64,000 nucleotides of DNA from Phoronis australis (GCA_002633005.1 NMRA01000236.1:367710-431709); one strand, 5' to 3'. Numbered from the stretch's first letter, positions 40,300-53,719 are shown. Notes: generated from the letters alone by a model not told the origin. Translations and numbers: made by a program.

Positions 40300-42187
40300 T
40301 ATTTGTGTTATTTCAACAGGATCTTTAAAAGAAGCAGTGCATTTTCGTAGTGTATAGGCAGATATAAATGACCATACTAAGTGTTATTGGGCAATACTAA
40401 CATCAGTTGTATTGACCAATTAGTATTTTAATTATTGCAGGAACTACTTTCATATTGTTGTTGATTTCTTGTGAGAGACTTTTATACTATCAATCAGTCC
40501 GAAATTCAATGTCTATGATTCAGTGATGATTTAGCCTCATACATTTCTTCCTAGGAAATGTTTGTAATGTTGATTTCTCTAAAATAACATGTTATATCTT
40601 TTTGTATGAACAATTTTGAGGTATGTGTGATAAAAGATTAATATTATTATAGAAATGCTATAATATTGTTGTTGATTTCCTGTGTAATCACTACAATGTG
40701 TCTTGATGTGACGTTAAAGGCATCATGTTGACTACGTTTTGAGAAAATCACAATATAGTAGGTGCATTATAACTATCTCACTCTTTTTCAATGTCATATG
40801 AACTGGAGATCATGAACTGAAGATGCACGGTGAACTCAGGACCACACGAGTGACACAGGTCAATCTGTTCAGTCTCTGTATCAATCTGATAGCCCAACAG
40901 TTTACACAACTTCTGGCATTTTTTTAATTTCCAGACGTTGATGAAAGGGAATTTTTGAATCATCTCATAAATGGTGCTGCAGCACTCCTCTCTCTCCCCG
41001 TGGGCAAGCTCATCACTATTCTTTGATTTCACTGGCTATGTGTGTTTTCCTTTTGCTGTCACAACTTTGCAAGAAGATTCTACACTCGCATTCATCTGCA
41101 GCAACAATATGTTTACCGCTGGCTGACACGCCACATGGAACAACTCCTGGGCGAGTCTTAGTTTAGAACCCCTTGTTCCCCAGTGGTTTCGTCTAAAGTA
41201 GATGTCTGTATTTCAAAACCCTGGCAGGGTGTACCTTCACGTCATGGGTAACATGTTCGTTGAAGCTCGCCTCACAATAATACCAGTGAACTTGTTTCCT
41301 GAAATGAAAATAAATCCATTCGTGAAAATATCTACAACTAAAATAGTATGCTTGATGTACACGTAGTGCTCATGGCGATTTAATGGTACATATAATATGC
41401 TATACTATTATTTAGTTTGACGCAAAATGTGATTAATTCATTGCACCAAACACTTATTTTGTAACCGTTTCACGTTTTTTAATTCATAAGTAAAAAGTTC
41501 AATGTCGTTCGACACACCACGATGCGTTCCCGATTGCATAAACAAAACACAAATTTGCCTTCTCGATCGCTTCCTTCAATAGAAAAGTGTCGAAAATTCA
41601 GGGATCCTGACAAAACTACGAAAAACGCGTCATTTCTTCATAACTTCATGGTCAGTTTCGGATATAGTGCCGAAAATAACCGCAATTTGCCAAAATGACA
41701 TACAAACCACTTTCGACTAATGCGATGCCTCGGTGAACGAGACACTAGCCCAAACCTCTACCTGTCCTTCCTCAATGTGTTACGCCTTGAACTCGTGTCT
41801 CTGCTTTCACATTGGAATTGAAAACAACGAAAATTCATCGAATTTACTCACCTTCTCTGGCTCCGCTTCTCGCGCCAAATTTCGTTCGCGATCGCCTTCC
41901 GGGCGTTCTTGATCGCGCGTTGGCCGGGGTGTGGCTGCTGCTTGAAGTCGCCATTGCTTTTTTACATCAAAGGTCAAAGGTCACTTTTTCCATGTAGTTC
42001 CTAAGGGAAATGTGCTACGTCTGTGTCTTGCCATAACAAATTAGGACACGTGGGAAAAAATCGACGAAGTGACGTGCAGTTGACAGATCATTTTTTAATT
42101 TGGAACTAAAAGAAAAACACTTTGACATCAACAGCAATTCAAAATTTTACAAGCAGCCCGTAGAAATACCTGGTGAACAAGTTGAAT

Positions 42188-42421
42188 TGCGATGGCTCTA
42201 AGCTAACATTGAAAAAATATTGTTACGAAAAAAATACTCTTTTCTCCGGGAAGAAAACCTTTGTCCTCGGTAATTTTTTTCTCCGCTACGGTAAGGCTTT
42301 TTCCGCGGAGAAAAGTTTTTTCCGTGGAGAAAAACATTCTCCGCGGCGGAAACTTTTTCTCCTAGAGAAAAGTGTTTTTTTCGTAATCTTACTTTTTCAA
42401 TGTCAGCTTTGAGTCACCGTA
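42188..42421. mobile_element. Palindromic MITE with 6-bp TSD, unclassified
   Basis: tgcgatggctc..agctaacattgaaaaa and tttttcaatgtcagctttgagtcaccgta; ttgaat on both sides. Confidence 0.65.
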
Positions 42422-42955
42422 TTGAATTCTGTTTCAGTGTCGGGGAACCACTGTGAATAATTATGCAATTTAATCTGTTTTTCGTGTCCCAGGCCTCCTC
42501 AAATGAATCTCGAGACGCGTACTAACAGTAGGGATTACGGAATTGTGTACTGGCAATCAATGTTAACGATCTTCAACCATTCTGCAATACATCAGTAGCC
42601 AGCAAAAACGCTTTTCTTAGACCTAACTTTGCATCATGCAAACGAGCATTCAAACGACAGAGGTGACACATCTCAAGACATTATGTTCTGAAGAATTTGC
42701 TCTGTTGTTTCAGGAAGTTTAAACAATAGTACATTGACAATTTTACTGGTCGTGTTGTAGATTCTGCAGTCGTGAGGAATTTGACGCGTTGATAATGTAC
42801 TCTATACTACAGTGCTTGACTGGTTATCCCGGCAATTAGTCTGACAACACCACTCACGCACTTATGGATTTGTCAGGTCATTGACTCGTTTTAACGAGTT
42901 GAAGGAGAATGCTGCCAAAAAAACAACGTATTTTGCACAGGCGGATTTAGGGGGG

Positions 42956-43772
42956 NNNNNNNNNNNNNNNNNNNNNNNNNNNNNNNNNNNNNNNNNNNNN
43001 NNNNNNNNNNNNNNNNNNNNNNNNNNNNNNNNNNNNNNNNNNNNNNNNNNNNNNNNNNNNNNNNNNNNNNNNNNNNNNNNNNNNNNNNNNNNNNNNNNNN
43101 NNNNNNNNNNNNNNNNNNNNNNNNNNNNNNNNNNNNNNNNNNNNNNNNNNNNNNNNNNNNNNNNNNNNNNNNNNNNNNNNNNNNNNNNNNNNNNNNNNNN
43201 NNNNNNNNNNNNNNNNNNNNNNNNNNNNNNNNNNNNNNNNNNNNNNNNNNNNNNNNNNNNNNNNNNNNNNNNNNNNNNNNNNNNNNNNNNNNNNNNNNNN
43301 NNNNNNNNNNNNNNNNNNNNNNNNNNNNNNNNNNNNNNNNNNNNNNNNNNNNNNNNNNNNNNNNNNNNNNNNNNNNNNNNNNNNNNNNNNNNNNNNNNNN
43401 NNNNNNNNNNNNNNNNNNNNNNNNNNNNNNNNNNNNNNNNNNNNNNNNNNNNNNNNNNNNNNNNNNNNNNNNNNNNNNNNNNNNNNNNNNNNNNNNNNNN
43501 NNNNNNNNNNNNNNNNNNNNNNNNNNNNNNNNNNNNNNNNNNNNNNNNNNNNNNNNNNNNNNNNNNNNNNNNNNNNNNNNNNNNNNNNNNNNNNNNNNNN
43601 NNNNNNNNNNNNNNNNNNNNNNNNNNNNNNNNNNNNNNNNNNNNNNNNNNNNNNNNNNNNNNNNNNNNNNNNNNNNNNNNNNNNNNNNNNNNNNNNNNNN
43701 NNNNNNNNNNNNNNNNNNNNNNNNNNNNNNNNNNNNNNNNNNNNNNNNNNNNNNNNNNNNNNNNNNNNNNNN
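42956..43772. other. Assembly gap
   Basis: Run of N following a caggcggatttaggggg MITE-like end. Confidence 1.
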
Positions 43773-44989
43773 CCGCCGATTCTTTCACTTTAAAATTGCA
43801 TTTTCTCCGTATTTAGCTGACTAACAAGCTGAAAAACGAAATAAGCCGCTTTAGCTCATGGTATCGACATGCTTACCGTGACAAGACTTAATTTTCTTTA
43901 CCAACTATGATGTTGTCGAAACAATCAGCGACTCAAGAAAACGCTTCAAAGTTTATTGGGTTGGCCAACCCTAAATTGAACATTCAAAACTGTGGCATTG
44001 CATGTGACATGAACTGCCAACTCATTCAGCAATAATTAAGATTAGATAGTGTTTTTAAGTCCCAAAACGCTTCGGTCCAGAACTGTGCAGCTAAACGACA
44101 GCAAAATTCAAAACCATAGGCTGGAAGCTAATAAAATAAAAAGTTGTTCCTGCCCAAACCAATGCAACATAAGCGTTTTCCGGCTACGCTGAAACCGAAT
44201 GCTTCCTTTTTAATTAAACGTCAAGCAGTAATACATATGTAATACAACGACATACTGTAACTAAAGTAGGCCTACACATGACTAAATGTCTCTAAAATAA
44301 ATACCATCGTCTCAAAATGAATTAAAACTCACTAAACACATACACAAATCAGACAATAATGTCGATGGATAAAATGGAGTACATTATAACAGTAGTGCCA
44401 TAGCCGGTATTGATAAAAAGAACAGCGCTTGACTGATGCAGCTGACATCCACCAGCATCCGTTGCACACGAGGTGCGGTACGTCGCAGCACTGCGTCTAC
44501 AGTTACTGATAAGTTCGCGCCGGTTCTGTAGCCGTTTTATGGAAGGCCGACGTAGCTAAAGGGGGGTCGCATCAGTATCGTGATTTGTAAAAATGTTTTT
44601 TCAACTTCAATATGAACTGCCGTCACGTTTTCATCGACAGCAATTCTTCGTTCTTACTACACAAATGCAACGTCGCACTGCCTTTAATCGTCTTAGCTAA
44701 GATCCATCGTACGATCTTTATGACCCAGGTAGTTGCAATCGGACTACAGTTTCTACGTCATCTAAGCTGTGGACCTCGTTCATATCCACTGCTATGCACT
44801 CAGTACATACAGTCGTGTATCTTGTCTTTCCTTGTGATTCCAATGATTAAGTGAATATTTTACAATTCCCTTTGTCCACATAATTTGAAAGAGGTGATAC
44901 TCAAATATTGTTCTTCCGATGACAAGAAATTCCAATGGTGAAATTCCTACCAAAGCAAAATCACGGAACTTTTACGATCTAATCTCATT

Positions 44990-45763
44990 TTATTTGTCAC
45001 TTCGAGTGCACGCCGACTGATATAATTGCTCGAACGTTTGTTTCTGTGCCTGTATTTTCAAAGCCTTGGCTTTGTCTAAGCTGTTAACCCTCATTCGATA
45101 TTTCACAGGTTCTTTAAAATAGTCTTCGTTTTCTTCAGAAAGTTTCAAATCTATGTCCTCGTGATTTATGCAGCTTTTTTCGCATGAAGTATGCAAATGT
45201 TCGTTTCTTCTCATGACAACCCTGAGCTCAGCCTCTGGTAAAGAATAATACCTCCTGACGGCTATCTTCTGATACTCGTCCTGACAGCTCAAGCCCGCCT
45301 TTCGTTCAACAAACTTGTCTCCAGCAAAAGCTGTCATCCATGGGAAATCATCTTCACCATTTTCGAGGTCGTCATTTGTAACGTCGTATGGGTGTGAGCG
45401 TGTTTTCCATTGCTGCGGAGGGCGAGTCTCTTCCATTGCGCACAATTTCTCATTGCTGGTTACACACCTTTCTCCTCTGCTCTCCTTGCCGACATTTTCC
45501 ATTTGGCAAGACTCATTTTCTGAACTCAGTCGCTGCTTTGCGTGTTCTTTGCCTTGATTTCCTGTCAAATCACATTTGATTACTGCGTGTTTTATCATCG
45601 AATCCATCTGTTCGGCAGAATTAGTGTCAACGACGGCCTTTCTCAAACAGCTATCGACCTCTCTAGGATCTCGTTGCCTACCATCCACAAATCTCTCAGT
45701 ATGACAAATCATTTGCTGCTTTAACCCTTGTGACATGACGAAAAGTCCTATTGTTTTGGTCAT
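44990..45763 (-). CDS. Uncharacterised 257-aa hydrophilic protein, single coding exon
   Basis: Long ATG-initiated ORF in AT-rich DNA, with an in-frame stop 8 codons upstream and a splice acceptor (atttaatttacag on minus) near 45932-45944; no TE motifs recognised. Confidence 0.55.
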   Translation of the reverse strand: MTKTIGLFVMSQGLKQQMICHTERFVDGRQRDPREVDSCLRKAVVDTNSAEQMDSMIKHAVIKCDLTGNQGKEHAKQRLSSENESCQMENVGKESRGERCVTSNEKLCAMEETRPPQQWKTRSHPYDVTNDDLENGEDDFPWMTAFAGDKFVERKAGLSCQDEYQKIAVRRYYSLPEAELRVVMRRNEHLHTSCEKSCINHEDIDLKLSEENEDYFKEPVKYRMRVNSLDKAKALKIQAQKQTFEQLYQSACTRSDK

Positions 45764-47532
45764 ATTTGTAGCACAGGCCCTCCTTTAGAGTACACCATAG
45801 GGTTGATCGTGTGGGTTAATTGCCGTGGCTTTAATGTCTTGCTTTACTCTAGCGTCCAATTATTCCTGGCGGATGCTCAAATTACCTGACACCGGTGGTC
45901 TCCTTCATGTAGGAATCATGTGAAAATTACCCTGTAAATTAAATGGGACAATGTTGCTTTATGAACATTTGCGCATAATCGATAAAAGAATTAAATATCG
46001 CTACGTGTGCTCAAACGCCACAATGCGATAACATTAATTTTATTCTTACGGTTATGTAATACCTTATGTACTACCTTATGTACAACCTTATCGGCAGCTA
46101 TGTATTTAGCAAAATGTCTACAAACCAAATATTTTCACTCAGTAAAAGTAGACTTTTATTTTCTGAAAGTAGAAAGACTGTAGAATTAGATTTTTGACTT
46201 AATAGGTATTGAATTTCAATTTTTCCTGTCTCCCACCCTAAGCCTCTCTCCTTCCCTCAGTGCCGTTGATGGTGTGGTTAAATGGTATTGACACTCAAGG
46301 CGAATTACCCGCTAGCCCGTTATACACTTAATCATTCACTATCATTCAAATATAAGTGACAGAGATTTTGAAGAGCAGCAATTCCTTCCGAGTACTTCCA
46401 AAAGTAAGCCTCAGGCCGCATTGGTATTCGTTAAATGATGTATTTCCTTAGCCCAGGGGTAGTTAAACAAGGTCCTATAAATGGAAAATTTCACAACGAC
46501 ACAAGAGAATGGTAGGTACCACTGTTGAATCTAATTTGTAAATAAACCAAAGTGTGCTGAAATAAACTACATCATGTTTCTCAAGAAGCCTTACTTGTTT
46601 TTATTTAGCACTCGCTGGCGTTGTTCATTTTGAGAAGCCTTGCAAATTATTTGTGGCATCGAATGTAAGACAATTGGCATTTATTCTGAAAAAATCCATT
46701 ACAGCGTTCTGTCGTTCAGTAACTTTTCCAGACGTGAGGGGTGCTGAACGTGCGATAACGTCTAGCTCTTTTGTTAACTGCCCAGCTCAGTCTTTTGTCC
46801 CGTATGATAACAAGCAAGCTAATTATCTCTCAGGCTTCAAATGAAATGTATGGTGGTTGCACGCTATTACTGAACGCGTAACGAGCACTGTCAAACCCAG
46901 TGCGTCCGTTTGGGTAGAATAGATTGCCTTAACTTCTGTTGTAGTTGGGCGATTTTGGTGATTCAAAAACGGAAAAATGGTCAGCATTTGACTAGGAATT
47001 CAGAAATGCTATTGGTTTAAGCTCAAATATGTTATAACTTAACTTTCATTTTTATCAGCCCAGCCCAGTCAGTCTAGATACGATCTGACCGGCGATTAGA
47101 GCAATTTTCGAACAAAAGGGCCAGGCCCTCCAACCATAAATGCCAGAATGGAGTTAATCAGTCGTGTAAGATATGGGCTACGGGGGTAAACTTCCCAACT
47201 TGTTGTTGGGCTATAGAATCGAACAAGTTGGGAGCAACGGGATGTCGCCTCAAGATACTTATCTATCACTGAATAGTTGATCCAAATAGTGCTTACTATT
47301 TATATATATGCATAGATTTGACTTGTAATTTTACATGTTAAAGTTTCCAAATGTCTAATGCTTCATGTATGTATCTCAGTATCTATCTTGCCTGTTTAAG
47401 TTTGTTTAAACTTTTTATCCGTTTATCTTACCCACCCCTTGTGAATTTTTTCATGTGCGCTATTTCAATGAACTTATATGACGACCGATATCCTAGGACC
47501 AATCAAAGAATAACACATGTAAATATCCATTT

Positions 47533-49707
47533 ATGGCCAACGTAAGCCAGTTTTCTGCTGGCGCAGCTCTTGATCCTGCTCCTCTATTATCTAGTTATGG
47601 AGGTGAGAATGCACTAGACTTCTGTCTCTTATATAAGTCCCTTGAATGTTGCACCGAGGCTCCAATTACCAAATCCCATTTTTTTGATACAGAAGGAGTT
47701 AAAAACTTTCTTGAACTAAATAAATCAAGTCTAACCGTGTTAAGTATTAACATTCAATCACTTAACGCAAAATTCACTCAACTTGAATCATTCCTGCACA
47801 ACATTCACTCTAAAGAATTATTTTTCGACATTATCTTAATACAAGAATCATGGTTAACCACGACCAGCTGCCTTTCAGTCTTTCAAATTGACGGTTACAA
47901 CATGTACTCTAAACCTGCATCTAGCTTATGTTCAACACACGGTGGCCTTATCNGATGCTCTAAAGATTGCTAAGGTGATCCCAGTTTTTAAACAACATGG
48001 TTTGGACCCAGAGCACCCGGGCAATTATAGACCCATTTCTATTCTTCCAACAATCTCAAAAATTATAGAAAAAATTATCCATAATCAACTTTCAACTTTC
48101 CTAAATGAAAATGATATACTTAATAAACATCAATATGGTTTCAGGAAATGTCACTCTACAGAACTTGCTTCGCTTGAACTTTTAGACCGCATTTGTTCCC
48201 ATCTTGATAATAACATGAATCCCCTGGTCATCTTTCTAGATCTCTCGAAAGCTTTCGACACAATAGACCACCAAATACTCTTGCAAAAGATAAATCACTA
48301 TGGTATTACTGAAGTTGAATATACACTGATTAAAAGTTATCTCTCAAACCGCACCCAATATGTTTCACTAAGTGATACAACTTCCAGTTGGTTACCAATA
48401 TCTACCGGAGTTCCCCAAGGCTCTGTCCTTGGCCCACTTCTCTTCCTAGTTTACATAACTGATCTTTCGTTTTCTTCTCCCATGGACACACTTCTTTATT
48501 CTGACGACACTTGCCTCGTCACACCTTACAAACTGACTGAATCTTCCCAACACACTTTACAACAATCAACCACCATCAACAACAACCTTAAATCTATTTC
48601 AGACTGGTTTTCTGTGAACAAACTTTCAATTAACACATCAAAAAGTAAATTAATGATCTTCCACTTCCCCCAAAAGAAAATTGAAAAATGTATTATTCCC
48701 ACCATCTATATAAATAGCAAAACAATAAATCACGTGAACAGTTTTCCTTTCCTTGGTATTACTGTTGACAAAAACCTCTCATGGTCCCCCCACATTAACC
48801 TCATCTCAGAAAAACTTAACAATCTCGGTGGACTCTTATACAAATTGAAATCTTATCTTCCTCTTCCAGCTCTCAAGTTGATATATAATTCACTTGTCCT
48901 TCCACATTTAAACTATGGCATTACTACTTGGGGTTTTGGCAACACTAAGAAACTTCAAACAACCCAGAAAAGAATACTTAGGAATATATCAAATTCCAGT
49001 TATAATGCTCACTCTCTGCCCATATGTAAGGAACTTCGCCTTCCTTTAGTTCAAGACATTTTTAAAATCTCAACTGCAAAATTTTACTACAAATTCCTCA
49101 ATAATCAGCTTCCTAAGTATTTTTACACTAACAACTTCTTTAGTAAACCCATCCAATATAAGCCAACCAGGCACATTAAAACTCCTACATACCTGAATCA
49201 ATACTCAGCTACTATACAGACAATACAACACAAAATTTTAATTCCTCCGTCCAACAAATTGTCATCAAGAGCCTGTATTAGATTTCAGATTCCTCGACTT
49301 ATAAACAACAACGAAATACCAGTCTCTGCTCTAAATGTAATAAAAACGCATTCTTTGCAAGCATTTTCCAGGTTCTTAACCAATTTTATTATTAGCAACT
49401 ACGATCCAGTTTGTCATATTTCCAATTGCTTCATATGTGACAGTATCTAATTGTATTCTCAAAATCTCCTGAGCTGTGCCAGTTTTCTTCTTGGTTCCTG
49501 GCGTGTCGGTCGTTTTCAGCACTAATTCACTGTTTTCTTAATTATTCCTACTGATTTTTGCATTTCCACTTGTTTATCTTGTACAGGGGACCTTCTTATT
49601 AGCGGTCAATAACCTTTAGAAGGCCTCCTAACTGAAATCAAATTTTAATCAATGTATTATTATTATGTACTGTAAATAAAAGCGTTTTCTCTCTCTCTCT
49701 CTCTCTC
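47533..49707 (+). mobile_element. L2/Crack/CR1-group LINE: APE N-terminus joined across an N to RT
   Basis: APE motifs SINIQSL and IQESWL (47533-47952); RT motifs NYRPISILP, DLSKAFD, GVPQGSVLGP and YSDD to 49450; AATAAA followed by a (TC)n tail at about 49687-49707. Confidence 0.9.
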
Positions 49708-50990
49708 ATGCCCCATATAGACCCAAGGGCGTACATTTGACGACCTGTTTGCGGAAATTTTCGGTTCACTCGCTACTGCCAACGTCACAAAAATGGGCGA
49801 CTAGCGACACTATCTGACCATTCCGATGACTCCCTCCCTTCCCTTTCTCTTCCCTCAATCAAATGATTCTTACGCATGCAAGTGACAATGGCTAGGCTTT
49901 TCTACATAAAGGCTGTTTTTTTCACGTTGAAAGAGACTCATAGTGAGTATATTGGGCTGATAGAACATTTACTTCCCCTGACCTGCCTTACTGAATCAGT
50001 GCCTGTGTTCAACAAGTTTTGAAGGCCCCTGTTAATTGGTTCTTACCATCAGACTGAACACAGAACAAGTTCAACGGTGATATACTGGTAAAATCGGAAA
50101 ATCAATCCTCAATGAACATGATTGCGTTTTTTCTGTTAATTTTTTAATTTATGAAAAGTGGAAGTTCAGTGTCAGTCAACTGTGACAGACGTTTTGTTGC
50201 TGCACCATCGGAGATTAAAATTAAGCTTAGTGCTATAATTTCGTGGAAAATGCTGTTGAGCATTACATAGGAATAAGATTTGTTTAAACTGGTTTTACGA
50301 TAAAATTAACTTGATAACATGTTTTTGTTGAGATGAAGCGGAAGGTGTGTCTCTAAAAACAAAGAAGTTACCAAAAGCCATAAATTTTGACCAGGATTTC
50401 CAGTCATTTCAAATTGAGCAGGTGAACTCTCAAGTACGTCTATCTCATAATTTTCAGGTGTAGCATGGAATCACTGTTAAACAAAACATCTATGCATTTA
50501 AAAGCCACAACTTAAACCGTGCTATGGATTTGAAAACAAGTGCAGGTAAACCTTTGCACGCTGAACAGTTGGTTCATGATTATTACTTACACGAGCTTGC
50601 GTCTCTACTTATTTTCTCCCAAGACGGCTATTCTCATAATGAACTTCCCACCAGCTTTTCAATGGTGAAAAATAGCCGACCTCCAGCTGCGTCACTCGGT
50701 GAAAGTCAACAACCTTTACTAATGCCCTCGTGACACGATCAAGACGGCTGGTGGTAAATTTTTGAAATCCGATATCACAACTGTGACGAAAATGAAACGA
50801 TCGATACGTGATGAATGTTTGTGAGGGGACATCGATCTATGTCAGCGATCGTGAATGAGTCAAGCTTTTTGTCTAGGTAAACACTAACCTCGTTTCGTCC
50901 GCGAGCTTGAGGTAAACAGAAGTTTTGCGACCTCAGAAATAGTATACGCTAAAAACAACCGTGACGTCTGCGTTTTCAAAAAGTTGTTTT

Positions 50991-51305
50991 CGCCCGTCCA
51001 CACACTAATACTCTGATACGACCGAGACGACTTCGTTAGTCAAAAAATTGCTTCTTTGGTTGTGGATATTTGTAGAAGGAAGCCATATCCGTGAACAAAA
51101 TGTCGTGTTTTCAAAAAAATCCATTTAAGAGTTTTTTTGTCGTACTTGGCCATCGAATTTTGTACATACATGTTGGCGGAGCCATATGCGTAAAGGAAAT
51201 TTATGTTTAATGATGGCGTTTTCAAAAGCTGCTTTTTGTTTTTCGAACCCAGTTGAGAAACTGTTGCGTTTTCAAATGAAAACCAAAATGTGTGGACAGA
51301 GCCTA
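50991..51305. mobile_element. Degenerate PIF/Harbinger-like MITE
   Basis: cccgtccacac...gtgtggacagagcct inverted ends and repeated gcgttttcaaa. Confidence 0.4.
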
Positions 51306-53719
51306 CAGTTAGGAATTATTGCGTGTCATGCCGCCCAGTATAATGGAGTTATTACCCGGAATCTGTTCCCTCACTCGCTGCGGCGACGTAAAACTGAGTT
51401 CCAGCGTTTCTTTCATAATTTTATGATAAACGCCGCAATCTGTAAACTTTCAAAAGTGCGAGTCCTACAAATTAAATTTGGATGAAGTTTATAGGCGGTT
51501 CTTTGAAAGCGTACGGGGCGTTTTTACACCACAGACGAGAGTCACTGCTCTTATCACTAGCCCCATTATTCAGCATCTATAGGCCAGCTATAATGTTTGG
51601 AAGCAAGGGACGGTGCAAAACTAGACTCTGACCAGGTCAATAACACTTGGTTCACTAGCGTAAACATATGCATACATGTGTTTTCACAATAAAGTACAAC
51701 TGTGTAAATGTTTGAACATGGCAACTAAGGTCATTCAAGAATGTGTTGTCCTCCGAAGCCTATAAGATCCCAAGTCATGTCGTGCCATTCTCCGGCAGTT
51801 GACTGAACAAAATCTTTAAAACCCACTTCCCACCTATTCATGACGTTTGTGCTTGTCAATATTTGATTTCCTGTGGCCTTGGCATTATGCCACTGTCTTC
51901 AAAGATTGACTACCCTTTCAAGTTACAGACAAAGGTAAACGCGTGTGCATTGTACTTTTATAGCAGCAAACTTGCGGGGTTCACCGCTTGACTTCTAACA
52001 GTGCAAACATACAAAGGCCAACTGATCAGTTTGTCCTTAGGTGGCCTGGCCAGACTGGTACCTGAGTTGTAGAACGCGAACGGTCGATGCATTTATTTGC
52101 ATGGATAATTTATAGGAAAGTGGCACCGTGAAATAACCACGAATTAGTAGTTGGCATAGTCTAGGGTGCACTCTGCTGAAACGCCGTGTAATAAATCTAA
52201 TGCCATCTCTGTCTTTTTGTCGAATTCCCATCCAACGCCGTAAATACTTGCCTTTCAAGCAGGATTTTTATGTATTTGACTACAACGTTCCTAAATGTTA
52301 CCAAAACTGGACAGAAAACAATTTCAATTATCCATGGCCAGTCAGGTCCTGTAGCTCGATTTATTTTCAGAAGCCTGCTCGTTCGGTTTTGGATCAGGGA
52401 AGTGGGGACCAAAGATTTCCGATCCATTGATTGCTGCTGACCGACAATCGGTTCCAGTGGCCACTATTTCGAAAACTGGAAAAATCAGCCAACGAAACAC
52501 TCTGCAACCATAGTATCTTTGCTGCAAACAGGAGCTTTTACTCGAAGAAACTTTGTTTCAGTCATAGCATTGAGATAACAAGTGCAAGTGAAGGCTGTTT
52601 TGTCAGCTCAGTCACCTGGGGTCTGATTCATGGAAAGGGATTCAGTAAGTCCCAGGTAAAAAATTGGAAAAATTGGGATAATCCGTCATGATGCAAGAGG
52701 GGGACAAGTACAATGTACGTTGTTAGCAACACAGAGTATTGGATTGTTTTTTTTTTTTACAGCAAAGGTTAACTTTTCACTTCTTAAATTTTATTTCACG
52801 TACGGTATAGGTAAATGTAGCCAGCCAGCTAGAAGTATGAAGACTATCGTCAAAATACCGTGACAGCTCAGTAGCTGATACGACTTTGCGTCAAGGCCAA
52901 GGCAAATACTACAGATAACATTCACTTTACAGTAACATGATTTTAACAACATAGAATGCTTAGTCTTATTGAAAAACTGCTAGCTTGTGGTTCGAAATGT
53001 TGTCGAAAGTGTTCACAGTTCTAAGTTTGGAGATCAAGATATCAGAGTCATTGAGAGGCCAGACTCCCAGTATCCGAGAAATCGCTGGTTGCACAGAACT
53101 GTAGCTTAAGAGTATCGTTTGATGAATATGAAATTAGCAATGAAAGCCGGCTTGAACTGATACGGGCAAATCACAATCAAGGTCCATTATTCGGTGGCCA
53201 CTTTTGGTGAAAAACGAAGGTTGTCATATAACTGTAAAAGCTAGGTTATTTTAAAGTACCATCATTCCAGGTTTGTAATCTAAAATATTTTTGCACAAGA
53301 ACCACCGAATAAAATTTTATGGCCTAATGCATCGCAGTTGCATAGAAGGGTACGTAAGGCCTACACTACAACTTGTGGTCACAGCCCATTTCTATCATGC
53401 AAAATTCATAAAGTAGCTGTTAATTTAGTAAGTTCTTGATAAAATTGAAGAAGTATCACATACTAAAGTAAGAAAAGTTATTATCGTGCGGATCAAGTTG
53501 TTCTAGATGATGATACATTGCATATCTTAACTCAGTATAATGAGAATTTCTTCTCTTGCAATATGATTCTTACAAAAAGAAAATGACAGGTAACTACATT
53601 TTCAGAAACTTTATTGGTGCTATTTGCCTAGTTTTCAACACATTCACCAGTTGGTCAAAATAGTTAAAGCAATGTTAGGCCCAGTGTTCAACTTGTAAAC
53701 AGTAAAAAATGGTACTGTT

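Larger units (their letters stand above)
37985..41931. mobile_element. CAC-terminated DNA transposon derivative, copy 2, inverted relative to copy 1
   Basis: caccccggccaac...gttggccggggtg termini; reverse-complement homology to 33223-36529 along its length; TSD not clear. Confidence 0.8.

Noticed and set aside
42862-43816. 308- and 311-aa ORFs
   Set aside because: Almost entirely N; artefacts.
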